DNA of 64,000 bases, from the NCBI RefSeq assembly GCF_006345805.1, contig NC_043007.1, positions 15,562,001 to 15,626,000 on the forward strand. The letters run 5' to 3'. The notes beneath the pieces were generated by a model, which was given only the letters and a program-made list of their open reading frames with translations, was not told where the DNA came from and made no database searches. The first letter of the stretch is position 1. Each line of letters opens with the position of its first letter. This document shows positions 38,256 through 48,185 of the stretch, in pieces. The stretch comes from Octopus sinensis. Taxonomy: Eukaryota. Made by a program: the position numbers and the translations under genes.

Positions 38256-38758
38256 TAATAATAATAATTATAATAATAATAATAATAATAGTAATAATCG
38301 TTCTTTTATTTAGGCACCGAGCTAGCAATTTTTCGTGGATGGCATCAACCTCGAAAACTTGACTAGTATTTAACAAACATAGTTACATTCAGATTTAAAC
38401 GTAAAATAAAGTAAGCGTGTTAAATGATACACGTCAGTACTTTATCGATACTACTATTGCAGAAAAAGTAGTTAAAATGACAACAACATAGATCCAGTAT
38501 GACTAAAGTTCACGATAGTCTTCTTTTATTTATTTTTTATCTATAAAATTTCCCGATCTTTAAATGTTTATACTTCATTTATATATATCTACTTATTTGT
38601 TTTCTTTTTCCACGCCTAACCTCATTTTTAGTCTGTGAATGAATTTTCCTTTGAATGAAATTAAAAAGGAAAGAAGAAAAAAAAAACGAAATATATGATG
38701 ACTTTTTTTTTTTCTTTTAAATAAAAAAGGAGAATAATAGAAGAAAAGAGTCCCTTAC

Positions 38759-38875
38759 CATTTCCGTAAGACCTCTGGTACTTTTAGGTGCCGAAAGTGA
38801 TTTAACCGATGTGGTGTCCACGTTAACCGAGGTAAATGAACTCTTCGTAAGTAGAGTGTTCGCAGTGGTGTTTGT
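38759..38875 (-). other. Candidate first exon (5' UTR ending in the start codon, ATG|GTAAGG)
   Basis: The minus strand reads ...GAGGTCTTACGGAAATG|GTAAGG. There is no earlier ATG between the TATA-like box and this one, position -3 is a purine, and CpGs are locally dense. Confidence 0.35.
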
Positions 38876-38899
38876 TTAAGTTTTGTTAGTGAGTGGTTA

Positions 38900-39005
38900 T
38901 TATATAAATCAAAAGCGAACACGGCTGATATCAAATGCCTTACTTTCGTCTATTGAAGGTAAAAAAAAAAATTCTGATTAAACTGACAGGCTCTTTTCCT
39001 ATTGG
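38900..39005 (-). promoter_or_regulatory. Candidate Pol II promoter (CCAAT box plus TATA-like box)
   Basis: Minus-strand GACCAATAG (ATTGG at 39001-39005) lies ~95 nt upstream of TTTATATAAT (38899-38908). Confidence 0.35.
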
Positions 39006-40145
39006 TCGGCTTTCAAGTATGACTAGTTTTATCAATATATTATTATCAAATTGTTGACGTTTTCTCCACTGTGTTTCAGCCTGTCAGTTACTATTCTCCT
39101 TCCGTGAGAAGTAAAACAAATTTGTTTTCTCAATTACGGAATGATCTTATTTGAATAACAAAAGGAAAATGAAAAAGTTTCAAGGAGAGCGATAGGGTTT
39201 TGAGAAAGGAACTATTGTGTGTGTGAAAGAAAGGTAAAGTTGTTGATTCAGTGAAATTATTTAGGTAAATGAAAAAAGAACCAGTTGTAATGCAATTCGT
39301 TTGCAGAACGGGAGGAAATTTTACCGCCAACTGTGAAAACAAATTCGGTTTTGCGCAAGGTGCTTCGCCTAACTAAAACCTTATCGCATGCTATGTACGT
39401 GGATGAAGTGTCGCTATATAAATATATATAGATGCGTGTATGTATGTGTGTGCGTGTTTGTGTGTTTAGGAGAGAAACGGAGAGATTTACGAGGGAGAGA
39501 GAACGAGATGGGAAGAGTGAGCGATAGAGAGAGAGAGATAGAGTGAGGGTTTTGAGTGTTAGAATGTGTGTGTGTGTTCCTTTGTTTATTATATATGTGT
39601 GCATAAACCAGAGCGTTAGTGTGTATGAGAATCTATCAGCTTCGCGCACGCGTGTTTATCTAGTTTCATTTGTGCATGCGTACACGTCTTTCTGCATGTG
39701 AGTGTGTGTCGGTGTGTGTCTGTGTGTGCGTATGTGTATGTGTATGCGTCTGTGTTCTTGAGATTCCGAAGAAATATGTGTGTGATATGCGTCACTTTTA
39801 AGTGTGCGCACAAGTTTACTGGTCAGGGATAATATTGCGCACCTATCCGTACTGGTGCACATGTATAAAATATATGTATGTGTGTGTATATGTATGTATG
39901 TATGTATGTATTATGTGTGTATGTATGTATTATGTGTGTATGTATGTATGTTTACTGTATGCTGGCTGTACCAATTCTCCCAATACTGTCAGAGAACAAG
40001 TAGTGGTATGAATCTATGTAGTTTTACTGGTAGTTATTGCCTGTTCCGTGGAATTATGGTCTGCTAGAGGCAGAAACAATAACGGTAATAATTACAATAA
40101 ATACCGCAACAATAAACACGGCAACCGTTAATGATGATGATGATG

Positions 40146-40229
<84 letters not shown>

Positions 40230-40254
40230 TAATAATAATAATAATATAATAATA

Positions 40255-40424
40255 ATGGCATGCACTGCTCTCTCACTCAATAATAATAATAATAATAATG
40301 GCATACACTGCTCTCTCACTCAATAATAATAATAATGATGATGATGATGATGATGATGATGATATTGATGATGATGATGATGATGATGATGATAATAATA
40401 ATGGCATGCACTGCTCTCTCACTC
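40255..40424 (+). mobile_element. Three 24-bp terminal stubs of the (AAT)n-associated element
   Basis: ATGGCAT(G/A)CACTGCTCTCTCACTC at 40255-40278, 40298-40321 and 40401-40424, each between (AAT)n or (GAT)n runs. Confidence 0.85.
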
Positions 40425-40788
40425 AATAATAATAATAATAATAATAATGATGATGATGATGATGATAGCTCCAACAATAAATAAATAGACAAACAAAAGC
40501 AAAGCGAACTGTAGTAACAACAACAACAATGATAGTGGAATCAACAACAACAACAACAACAGTAATAATAATATTTTTTTTTTCTTTCAAATAAAAGGTA
40601 AAGACACCATCACCGCCACCGCCACCAACAACAGCAACGACAACAACAACAACAACAACAACAACGACCACAACAATTACAACAAGCACAACAAAATGAC
40701 AACAACAACAACTGCTGCTGCAGCGGTAAAAGAATAACAACAATGCTACATTACTACAGCCACTACGGCAATATTACTACTACTACTG

Positions 40789-40831
<43 letters not shown>

Positions 40832-41072
40832 CACTACTACTACCAACACCACCACGACCACCACCACGACCACTACTACTACTACCGCAACAACAGTAAT
40901 ACACAGTTATACTTCTTTTTCTCAAAAAGGCACATGGCTTAACTGGTACTTTATTTTATCGACCCCCCGAAAGGGTGAAAGGTAAAGTTGACCTCGGTGG
41001 AATTTGAACAAGGATTTTTGTTTTTCTTTTTTTGTTTTCCGGCGCGGTAAATATTCTGCCAGTTCGCAGCCT

Positions 41073-41110
<38 letters not shown>

Positions 41111-41156
41111 TAATAATAATAATAATGATGATGATGATGATAATAATAATAATAAA

Positions 41157-41274
41157 ATGGTTGTGATGCATATGCCTGGTGTACCCTTATCAGCCGGGTA
41201 GTTATGACGGGTATACTGGGCTTCGTATATTTTACCTCAGTGTCACTTTGATGGCATGCACTGCTCTCTCACTC

Positions 41275-41315
<41 letters not shown>

Positions 41316-41439
41316 CAATAATATGGTTGTGATGCATGTGCCTGGTGTACTCTTATCAGACGGTAGTCATGATGGGTATACTGGGCTTCGCATATTTTAC
41401 CCCAGTGTCTCTTTGATGGCATGCACTGCTCTCTCACTC

Positions 41440-41501
<62 letters not shown>

Positions 41502-41620
41502 AATGGTTGTGATGCATATGCCTGGTGTACCCTTATCAGACGGGTAGTCATGATGGGTATACTGGGCTTCGTATATTTTACCCCAGTGTCTCTTTGATGG
41601 CATGCACTGCTCTCTTACTC

Positions 41621-41651
<31 letters not shown>

Positions 41652-41768
41652 TGGTTGTGATGCATATGCCTGGTGTACCCTTATCAGACGGGTAGTCATG
41701 ATGGGTATACTGGGCTTCGTATATTTTACCCCAGTGTCCCTTTGATGGCATGCACTGCTCTCTCACTC
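41157..41768 (+). mobile_element. Four ~118-bp terminal fragments of the (AAT)n-associated element separated by (AAT)n
   Basis: Units at 41157-41274, 41323-41439, 41503-41620 and 41651-41768 all start ATGGTTGTGATGCAT and end CTCTC(T)(C/T)ACTC-AATAAT. They are the reverse complement of 47052-47170. Confidence 0.92.
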
Positions 41769-41801
<33 letters not shown>

Positions 41802-43010
41802 CTTTTCTGCTATAGGCACAAGGTCTGAAAATTTTTTGGGGATGTGTAAACGGATTACATCGACCTAGTGTTCAAGTGATACTTATTTCATCGACCCCGA
41901 AAGACAAGGGGGGGAAGCAGAGGAGTAATCGCTGGAATTTGCAATAAGAATAATAATGAAAATAATACTAACAAAAACAAACGGCAACAATAATAATAAT
42001 AATAATAACAACAAGAACAATAGCAACGGTGGTGTTTTTCTTTTATTTGCTCCAATGCCGGTATTTGGGGGGGGGGGGGGTACATTACGCAAAATTTTGT
42101 GATAGCAGCAACTGCAGGAGTAGTAGCGAACAACAGCAACAACAACAACTGCAACAAGAACAACAACACCATGAACTACTGCAGCAGAAACTTTGGCAGG
42201 AATAGCAGCAGCAGCAGCAGCAACAGCAACAGCAGCAGCAACTACAACAATACCAAGAGCTGCAACGACGGCAAGCAGCACCTGTAGTAGTTTGTAGTAG
42301 TAGCAGTAGTGATAGAGATAGTGGTGGTGGAGTGGTGGTGGTGGTGGTGGTGGGTTAGTTGTAGTACAGGTAGTAGTGCTGATGATTGCCGTGGTCTTGG
42401 TGCTGGTAGTTCTGGTAGTTTTGGTGGAATGGTATGAGTAGCAGTAGTAATAGAGATAGTGGTGGTGGTGGCTGTGGTGGTGGTGGTTTAGTTGTAGTAC
42501 AGGTAGTAGTGCTGATGATTGTCGTGGTCTTGGTGCTGGTAGTTCTGGTAGTTTTGGTGGAATGGTATGAGTAGCAGTAGTAATAATAGTACGGTGGTGT
42601 AGCGGCCCTGGTGGCGGTAACGGTGGTGGTCGTTATAGCGTTGGTGCTGTTGGTGGTGTAGTGGTGATAATGGTGGTGCAATTTGCGGTGATGGTCGTGG
42701 TAGTACTGGTAGCGTTCGGGGAAGGGTGATTAAAAACGCCGTGGTTGTTTTGGTGGCGGTTATAGTGTGGGTTGCAGTAGAGATAGTGTTGGTAGTGAGG
42801 ACAGATAGTACGGTGATAGTAGTAGTAGTAGTAGTAATAGTAGTGTGGTGTCATGTGTTTATAGCAGTAGTAGTGTCCATAGAAAATGTAGTAATGGTAG
42901 TGGTATTCGAGTTGATGGTGATGGTGGTGGTGGTGGTGTTGGCGGTGAGGCTGATGTTGTGTGGCAGGCGGTAGTGGCATTGATAGTAACGTTGGCATGG
43001 TATTAATGAC

Positions 43011-43099
<89 letters not shown>

Positions 43100-43583
43100 T
43101 AGTAGTAGTAGTGGTGGTAGTATTAGTAGTAGTAGTGGTAGTAGTAGTAGTAGCAAGTGGTGCAGTGCTGGACGTGGTGTAGTGGTAGTGGTGTTGGTGG
43201 AGGGGGTCACGTGTGGTGACGGCGGTGGTGGCAACACTGCATCGTATCATTGTTGCTGTTGTTACGGTTAATTTTGTTGCTGTTGTTGCTGTTGTTGTTG
43301 TTATTGTTGTAGTTTAGGTTGTAGTAGACTTGTCATCGAAGGGTATTACGGCCACAGCCACTGCGTCCCATTCTCCAACAGCCCCTTTTTCTCAGACCTT
43401 TCCTTAGACATTTAAAGCATGTGATTTAAGAAAGAATTTGGCTGTTATTTCTAGCATTTTTAGCTACCACATAGAGTTCTTCTCATTGGCTCACCGTATC
43501 ATATGGTTTTCAAGCATTGCGTTCATATTACAACCAACATTGCACACTGCACGCACATGCTGGCACACACACGCACACACACA

Positions 43584-43624
<41 letters not shown>

Positions 43625-43711
43625 CTCTCTCCCTCCCTCTCTCTCTCTCTCTCTCTTTCTTTCTCTGTATGTTGTGCTGCAATATTTACAAAACTGTGAG
43701 GACTATGTCTT

Positions 43712-43795
43712 TTGTTCTTCAGCCCTGTTTCAGCCTTGTTTGAGCAAACCTGCGATAAAATAAAATGTCCGTCCGTGACCATCATGACATTTACC
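43712..43795 (-). repeat. Short dispersed repeat E (probable retroposon 3' tail)
   Basis: Related motifs (TCTTTGATCATAGG / CCGTGACCAT) also occur at ~9622-9665, ~12375-12420, ~18485-18545, ~20105-20165, ~24480-24520 and ~48410-48490. Confidence 0.5.
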
Positions 43796-43832
43796 TGCAT
43801 AGAGGAAGCCGATAACCGCGTAACCCAACATA

Positions 43833-44645
43833 TCTTTTCTCTAAATCGGTAGAGTGTAATTTCAGAGAAACTTGGCTGCTATTTCTAGCGAATAGATTGA
43901 CTAGGTGGTGGCTCCCTCCTTAACTTTTCTCTAAATTGGCATAGTGTAATTTCAGAGAAACTTGGCTGCTATTTCTAGCGAATAGATTGACTAGGTGGTG
44001 GCTCCCTCCTTAACTTTTCTCTAAATTGGCATAGTGTAATTTCAGAGAAACTTGGCTGTTATTTCTAGCGAATAGATTGACTAGGTGGTGGCTCCCTCCT
44101 TAACTTTTCTCTAAATCGGCATAGTGTAATTTCAGAGAAACTTGGCTGCTATTTCTAGCGAATAGATTGACTAGGTGGTGGCTCCCTCCTTAACTTTTCT
44201 CTAAATCGGCATAGTGTAATTTCAGAGAAACTTGGCTGCTATTTCTAGCGAATAAGTTGACTAGGTGGTGGCTCCCTCCTTAACTTTTCTCTAAATCGGC
44301 ATAGTGTAATTTCAGAGAAACTTGGCTGCTATTTCTAGCGAATAGATTGACTAGGTGGTGGCTCCCTCAACTTTTCTCTAAATCGGCATAGTGTAATTTC
44401 AGAGAAACTTGGCTGCTATTTCTAGCGAATAGATTGACTAGGTGGTGGCTCCCTCCTTAACTTTTCTCTAAATCGGCATAGTGTAATTTCAGAGAAATTT
44501 GGCTGCTATTTCTAGCGAATAGATTGACTAGGTGGTGGCTCCCTCCTTAACTTTTCTCTAAATCGGCATAGTGTAATTTCAGAGAAACTTGGCTGTTATT
44601 TCTAGCGAATAGATTGACTAGGTGGTGGCTCCCTCCTTAACTTTT
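43833..44645. repeat. 90-bp minisatellite, ~9 near-identical units
   Basis: The unit TAACTTTTCTCTAAATCGGCATAGTGTAATTTCAGAGAAACTTGGCTGCTATTTCTAGCGAATAGATTGACTAGGTGGTGGCTCCCTCCT starts at 43921, 44011, 44101, 44191, 44281 and onward. One unit carries a 3-bp deletion. Confidence 0.97.
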
Positions 44646-45270
44646 CCGTGTGACAGGATGATGAAGGTTGGCAGAAGTGATAAAGCGATAAAAGAAACAC
44701 CTTACTGTATTTAGCTTCCAGCCTTTACAGACTGAGTTCGAATCCCCTTCAGCTCTATTCTATATTTTTTCTGGGGTTCGCTAATCTTCGTCCCCACCCC
44801 CGTATACTGAGGGTCGCTTGAGTCGGTAACACCTATACCTACTTTAACGAAAAATATAAAAAAAAAACAAAAAGAAAAAGCGTTCGTGTTAGTATAACAA
44901 TGTTAGGAATTATATTTCGACGAAATGGTGTCTTTGTTAATACTCCTGCTGCTATCGCTGGTGCGGTTACCACTTATATTATTGTTGCTGTTGTTGTTGT
45001 TTGAGCGAACCTGTAACGAAAAGCATCTCATGCGCGACCATTCTGACACTATATATCAAGGACTACAATAGCTCGTATTTTTTTCTTTTTAATATTTTTA
45101 AGCGGTAGGATATGATTTCAGAGAAGATTGGGTTGTTATTTCTAGCAAATATAGCGCCCACCTAGAGCAGTGTTTATCAAACATTTTATATTCATAAACC
45201 TTTTTGATTCCTATTTTATTCGGGTGGATCCTCATATTCTTCGGTATTTAAAAAAAAATTCCTATTATTA

Positions 45271-45670
45271 GGCGCAGGAGTGGCTGTGTGGTATGTAGCT
45301 TGCTAACCAACCACATGATTCCGGGTTCAGTCCCACTGCGTGGCATCTTGGGCAAGTGTCTTCTGCTATAGCCTCGGGCCCACCAAAGCCTTGTGAGTGG
45401 ATTTGGTATATGGAAACTGAAAAAAGCCTGTCGTATATATGTATATATATATGTATGTGTGTGTGTCTGTTTTTGTCCCCCTAGCATTGCTTGACAACCG
45501 ATGCTGGTGTGTTTACATACCCGTCACATAGCGGTTCGGCAAAAGAGACCGGTAGAATAAGTACTGGGCTTACAAAGAATAAGTGCCGGGGTCGATTTGC
45601 TCGACTAAAGGCGGTGCTCCAGCATGGCCGCAGTCAAATGACTGAAACAAGTAAAAAGAGTAAAAAGAGT
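45271..45670 (+). mobile_element. SINE family B, full length
   Basis: Runs from the head GGCGCAGGAGTGGCTGTGTGGTA...GGGTTCAGTCCCACTGCGTGGCATCTTGGGCAAGTG to the tail GTAAAAAGAGTAAAAAGAGT. Confidence 0.95.
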
Positions 45671-45749
45671 ATTATATTTTTTTAATTAAATGTTAGGAAT
45701 TGTATATTAAAAAATGTCAAAATATTTTCTGCAGTGTAGAAGCATGCCC

Positions 45750-46147
45750 TTTTACTCTTTTGTTTCAGTCATTTGAGTGCAGCCATGCTGGAGCACCACC
45801 TTTTAGTCGAGCAAATCGATCCCAGGACTTACTTTTTGTAAGCCTAGTATTTATTCTATCGGTCTCTTTTGCCGAACCGCTAAGTTACGGGGACGTAAAC
45901 ACACCAGCATCGGTTGTCAAGCGATGTTGGGGGGACAAACAAAGACACACAAACACACATACACACATATATATACAGATATACGATGGGCTTCTTTCAG
46001 TTTCCGTCTACCAAATCCACTCACAAGGCTTTGGTCGTCCCGAGGCTATAGTAGAAGACACTCGCCCAAGATGCCACACAGTGGGACTGAACCCGGAACC
46101 ATATGGTTGGTAAGCAGGCTACTTACCACACAGCCACTCGTGCACCT
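45750..46147 (-). mobile_element. SINE family B, full length
   Basis: Reverse complement of 45271-45670, tail-to-tail with it and ~80 bp away. Confidence 0.95.
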
Positions 46148-46667
46148 GCATGCATAACTGATAAGAAAAAACCTTATATGAACCCTCAAGGTTCAGATGA
46201 AACGCCGGTTGAGAACCTCTGACCTAGAAGTTACTCCGTTCAATGTTGAGATTTAGTGGTAGTTGGTGTTAGTAGCAAAAGTTTAGATATTTGTTGGGCA
46301 TACTGGTAAGGGTCGGTGTCGGGTTAACTGTAAGGTTTAATTAGTGACAGGTTTAATTAGTAACACGTTTTGGTAATAATGCTTACTTGCAATTTGACTG
46401 TCGGATTTATTAGACGTATTGGATTGGTCACCATAACTACAACCATCACTTCAGAAGAAGTATGTCTAGGTAACATAACTGCTTTCATTAATTGCTTTAG
46501 GGGCCTATGTAGTCATGAGCAGAGATAGGCACCCTTTTTCTGCCAGCTTAGCTTTGATCCAGCGATATATATAACCAGTATCTACGGCAAACAGGATAAA
46601 AAAATGGTGGACCAGAATTAAGCTGGTGCTCAAATTGAGCTGCCTCGCCTGGAATAACATGAAAAGA

Positions 46668-46790
46668 AGCACCTTACTCAAGAACTCAACGCGCAGCTCG
46701 GCCTGGAGTCGAACCTACCGTCTTATGATCGTGTACGTAACACTCTAACCAGTAGGCCACGCATCCTCACATAGTTAATAGTAGGTCAGC
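46668..46790 (-). mobile_element. Degenerate SINE family D head
   Basis: Reverse complement reads GAGGATGCGTGGCCTACTGGTTAGAGTG...GTAGGTTCGACTCCAGGCCGAGC...GTTCTTGAGTAAGGTGCTT. Confidence 0.6.
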
Positions 46791-46942
46791 CGTACGACAT
46801 CATGGTAAGGATCTCAGGATGGGGTTAGAGGTAGATTAAGGGTAGGATGTGTAGGAGGGGACTTGTTATATCACTAGTAATAGGGTACATTATTTACATT
46901 ATTTACATTTGACGGATATTTGTCCTCATCTTGTTTGTTGTT

Positions 46943-46988
46943 AACACAACGTTTCGACTGATATACTCTCCAGCTTTCATCAGGTGTC
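46943..46988 (-). ncRNA. Minimal type I hammerhead ribozyme motif (PLE-type)
   Basis: GACAC-CTGATGA-AA-GCTG-GAGAGTATAT-CAGT-C-GAAA-CG-TT-GTGTT. Stem I has 5 bp, stem III carries the palindrome AACGTT, and cleavage is predicted after GUU (46948/46947). Confidence 0.7.
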
Positions 46989-47051
46989 TTAGGGAAATTT
47001 CGAACCTGGGTTCTCAATCCTCAGCTATTTTTCGATGTTATTATTATTATT

Positions 47052-47602
47052 GAGTGAGAGAGCAGTTCATGCCATCAAATTGACACCGAGGTAAAATATA
47101 CGAAGCCCAATATACCCATCATGACTACCCGTCTGATAAGGGCACACCAGGCACATGCATCACAACCATATGTGCGCGACATGGTGATCTCATATCAAGA
47201 TAAACAGCACATGACCTTGCAGGTGGGGCCCAGTTAAAATTTTCTTCAGGTTGAGTAGCCCATCCCGCTCAAAAGGTCCCTGAATAAGAGTTGTTTAAGG
47301 ATGTTGAACGAACCACCCATGTTTCCAGAGGTGAATTATTCAAACCCCAAAGAATCCCTCTCAACACATGGCTATGATGCTCCCCCACTACTTCTGCTCG
47401 TGATCAGAGATGCACATATCGTCAGCCACTAAGGGACATGCTCAACTGGTGAAACAACTGACAAGCAAATCTGTGGTATTGAGCAGAATATTTGCTGTAG
47501 CCCATCTTTTATACCAAGACAAAACAATATACATGATAACACTTCCAATCAGTTAAGATCAGAAGCCATGAGAGCCACTGCCTGGTACTGTATCAGGGCA
47601 TT
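47052..47602 (-). mobile_element. ~550-bp non-coding element flanked on both sides by (AAT)n
   Basis: Bounded by (TTA)n at both ends. Partial copies lie at 47719-47966, 41157-41768 and 40255-40424. The strand is inferred from the end shared by all truncated copies. Confidence 0.8.
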
Positions 47603-47638
47603 TATTATTATTATTATTATATTATTATTATTATTATT

Positions 47639-47716
47639 CAGGTCACTGCCTGGAATCGAACCCGGAATCTTGGTGTTAGTAGGCCGCGCTCTTAACCAAA
47701 ACGCCGTATGTCCGTA
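47639..47716 (-). mobile_element. tRNA-derived Pol III head of the composite (not a functional tRNA)
   Basis: Minus strand GGACATACGGCGTTTTGGTTAAGAGCGCGGCCTACTAACACCAAGATTCCGGGTTCGATTCCAGGCAGTGACCTG has a perfect B-box GGTTCGATTCC, a decayed A-box and no proper acceptor stem. Confidence 0.8.
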
Positions 47717-48012
47717 GTGGAAATATGGGTGTTTCGTTCAACATTCTTAAACAACCCTTATTCAGGGACCTTTTGAGCGGGATGGGTTACTCGACCAGAA
47801 GAAAATTCTAACTGGACCCCACCTGCAAGGTTATGTGCTGTTTATCACCATGTCGCGCACATATGGTTGTGATGCAGGTGCTTAGTGTACCCTTATCAGA
47901 CGGGTAGTCATGATTCGTATATTTTCCCCCAGTGTCACTTTGATGCTATGCACTGTTCTCTCACTCAATAATAATGATGATGATGATAATAATAATAATA
48001 ATAATAATAATA

Positions 48013-48095
<83 letters not shown>

Positions 48096-48145
48096 GCATC
48101 GAAAAATACCTTAGGTATGAGAACCCAAGTTCGAAATTTCCCCAA

Positions 48146-48185
48146 GACACCTGATGAAGTTGGAGGATATATCAACCGAAACGTA
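48146..48185 (+). ncRNA. Second copy of the hammerhead motif, stem I 3' strand deleted
   Basis: GACAC-CTGATGA-A-GTTG-GAGGATATAT-CAAC-C-GAAA-CG-TA-ACAAC. It lacks TGTGTT relative to the left copy. Confidence 0.5.

Larger units (their letters stand above)
40070..43330. repeat. 3.2-kb trinucleotide-repeat field: (AAT)n, (GAT)n, (AAC)n, (ACT)n, (AGC)n, (GGT)n, (AGT)n, (GTT)n
   Basis: Seen directly. It includes a ~100-bp direct duplication at ~42355-42451 / 42487-42583 and SINE A fragments at ~40925-41072 and ~41800-41905. Confidence 0.95.
45168..46221. mobile_element. hAT (Buster/Charlie-type) MITE containing two nested SINE B copies
   Basis: TIRs CAGTGTTTATCAAAC and GGTTGAGAACCTCTG match at 11 of 15 positions. 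The 8-bp TSD is ACCTAGAG (45160-45167) / ACCTAGAA (46222-46229), with a central TA. Confidence 0.8.

Noticed and set aside
42633-43250. 205-aa Thr-rich mucin-like ORF and neighbouring poly-amino-acid ORFs
   Set aside because: Period-3 microsatellites are open in several frames on both strands, and there is no splice or domain evidence.
43833-44645. Regular repeat array as CRISPR
   Set aside because: The units are contiguous and near-identical with no unique spacers, the context is eukaryotic, and there are no cas genes.
46810-46885. Telomere-like G-rich flanks around the composite insertion
   Set aside because: There are only scattered GGTTAG/TTAGGG-like words and no true array.
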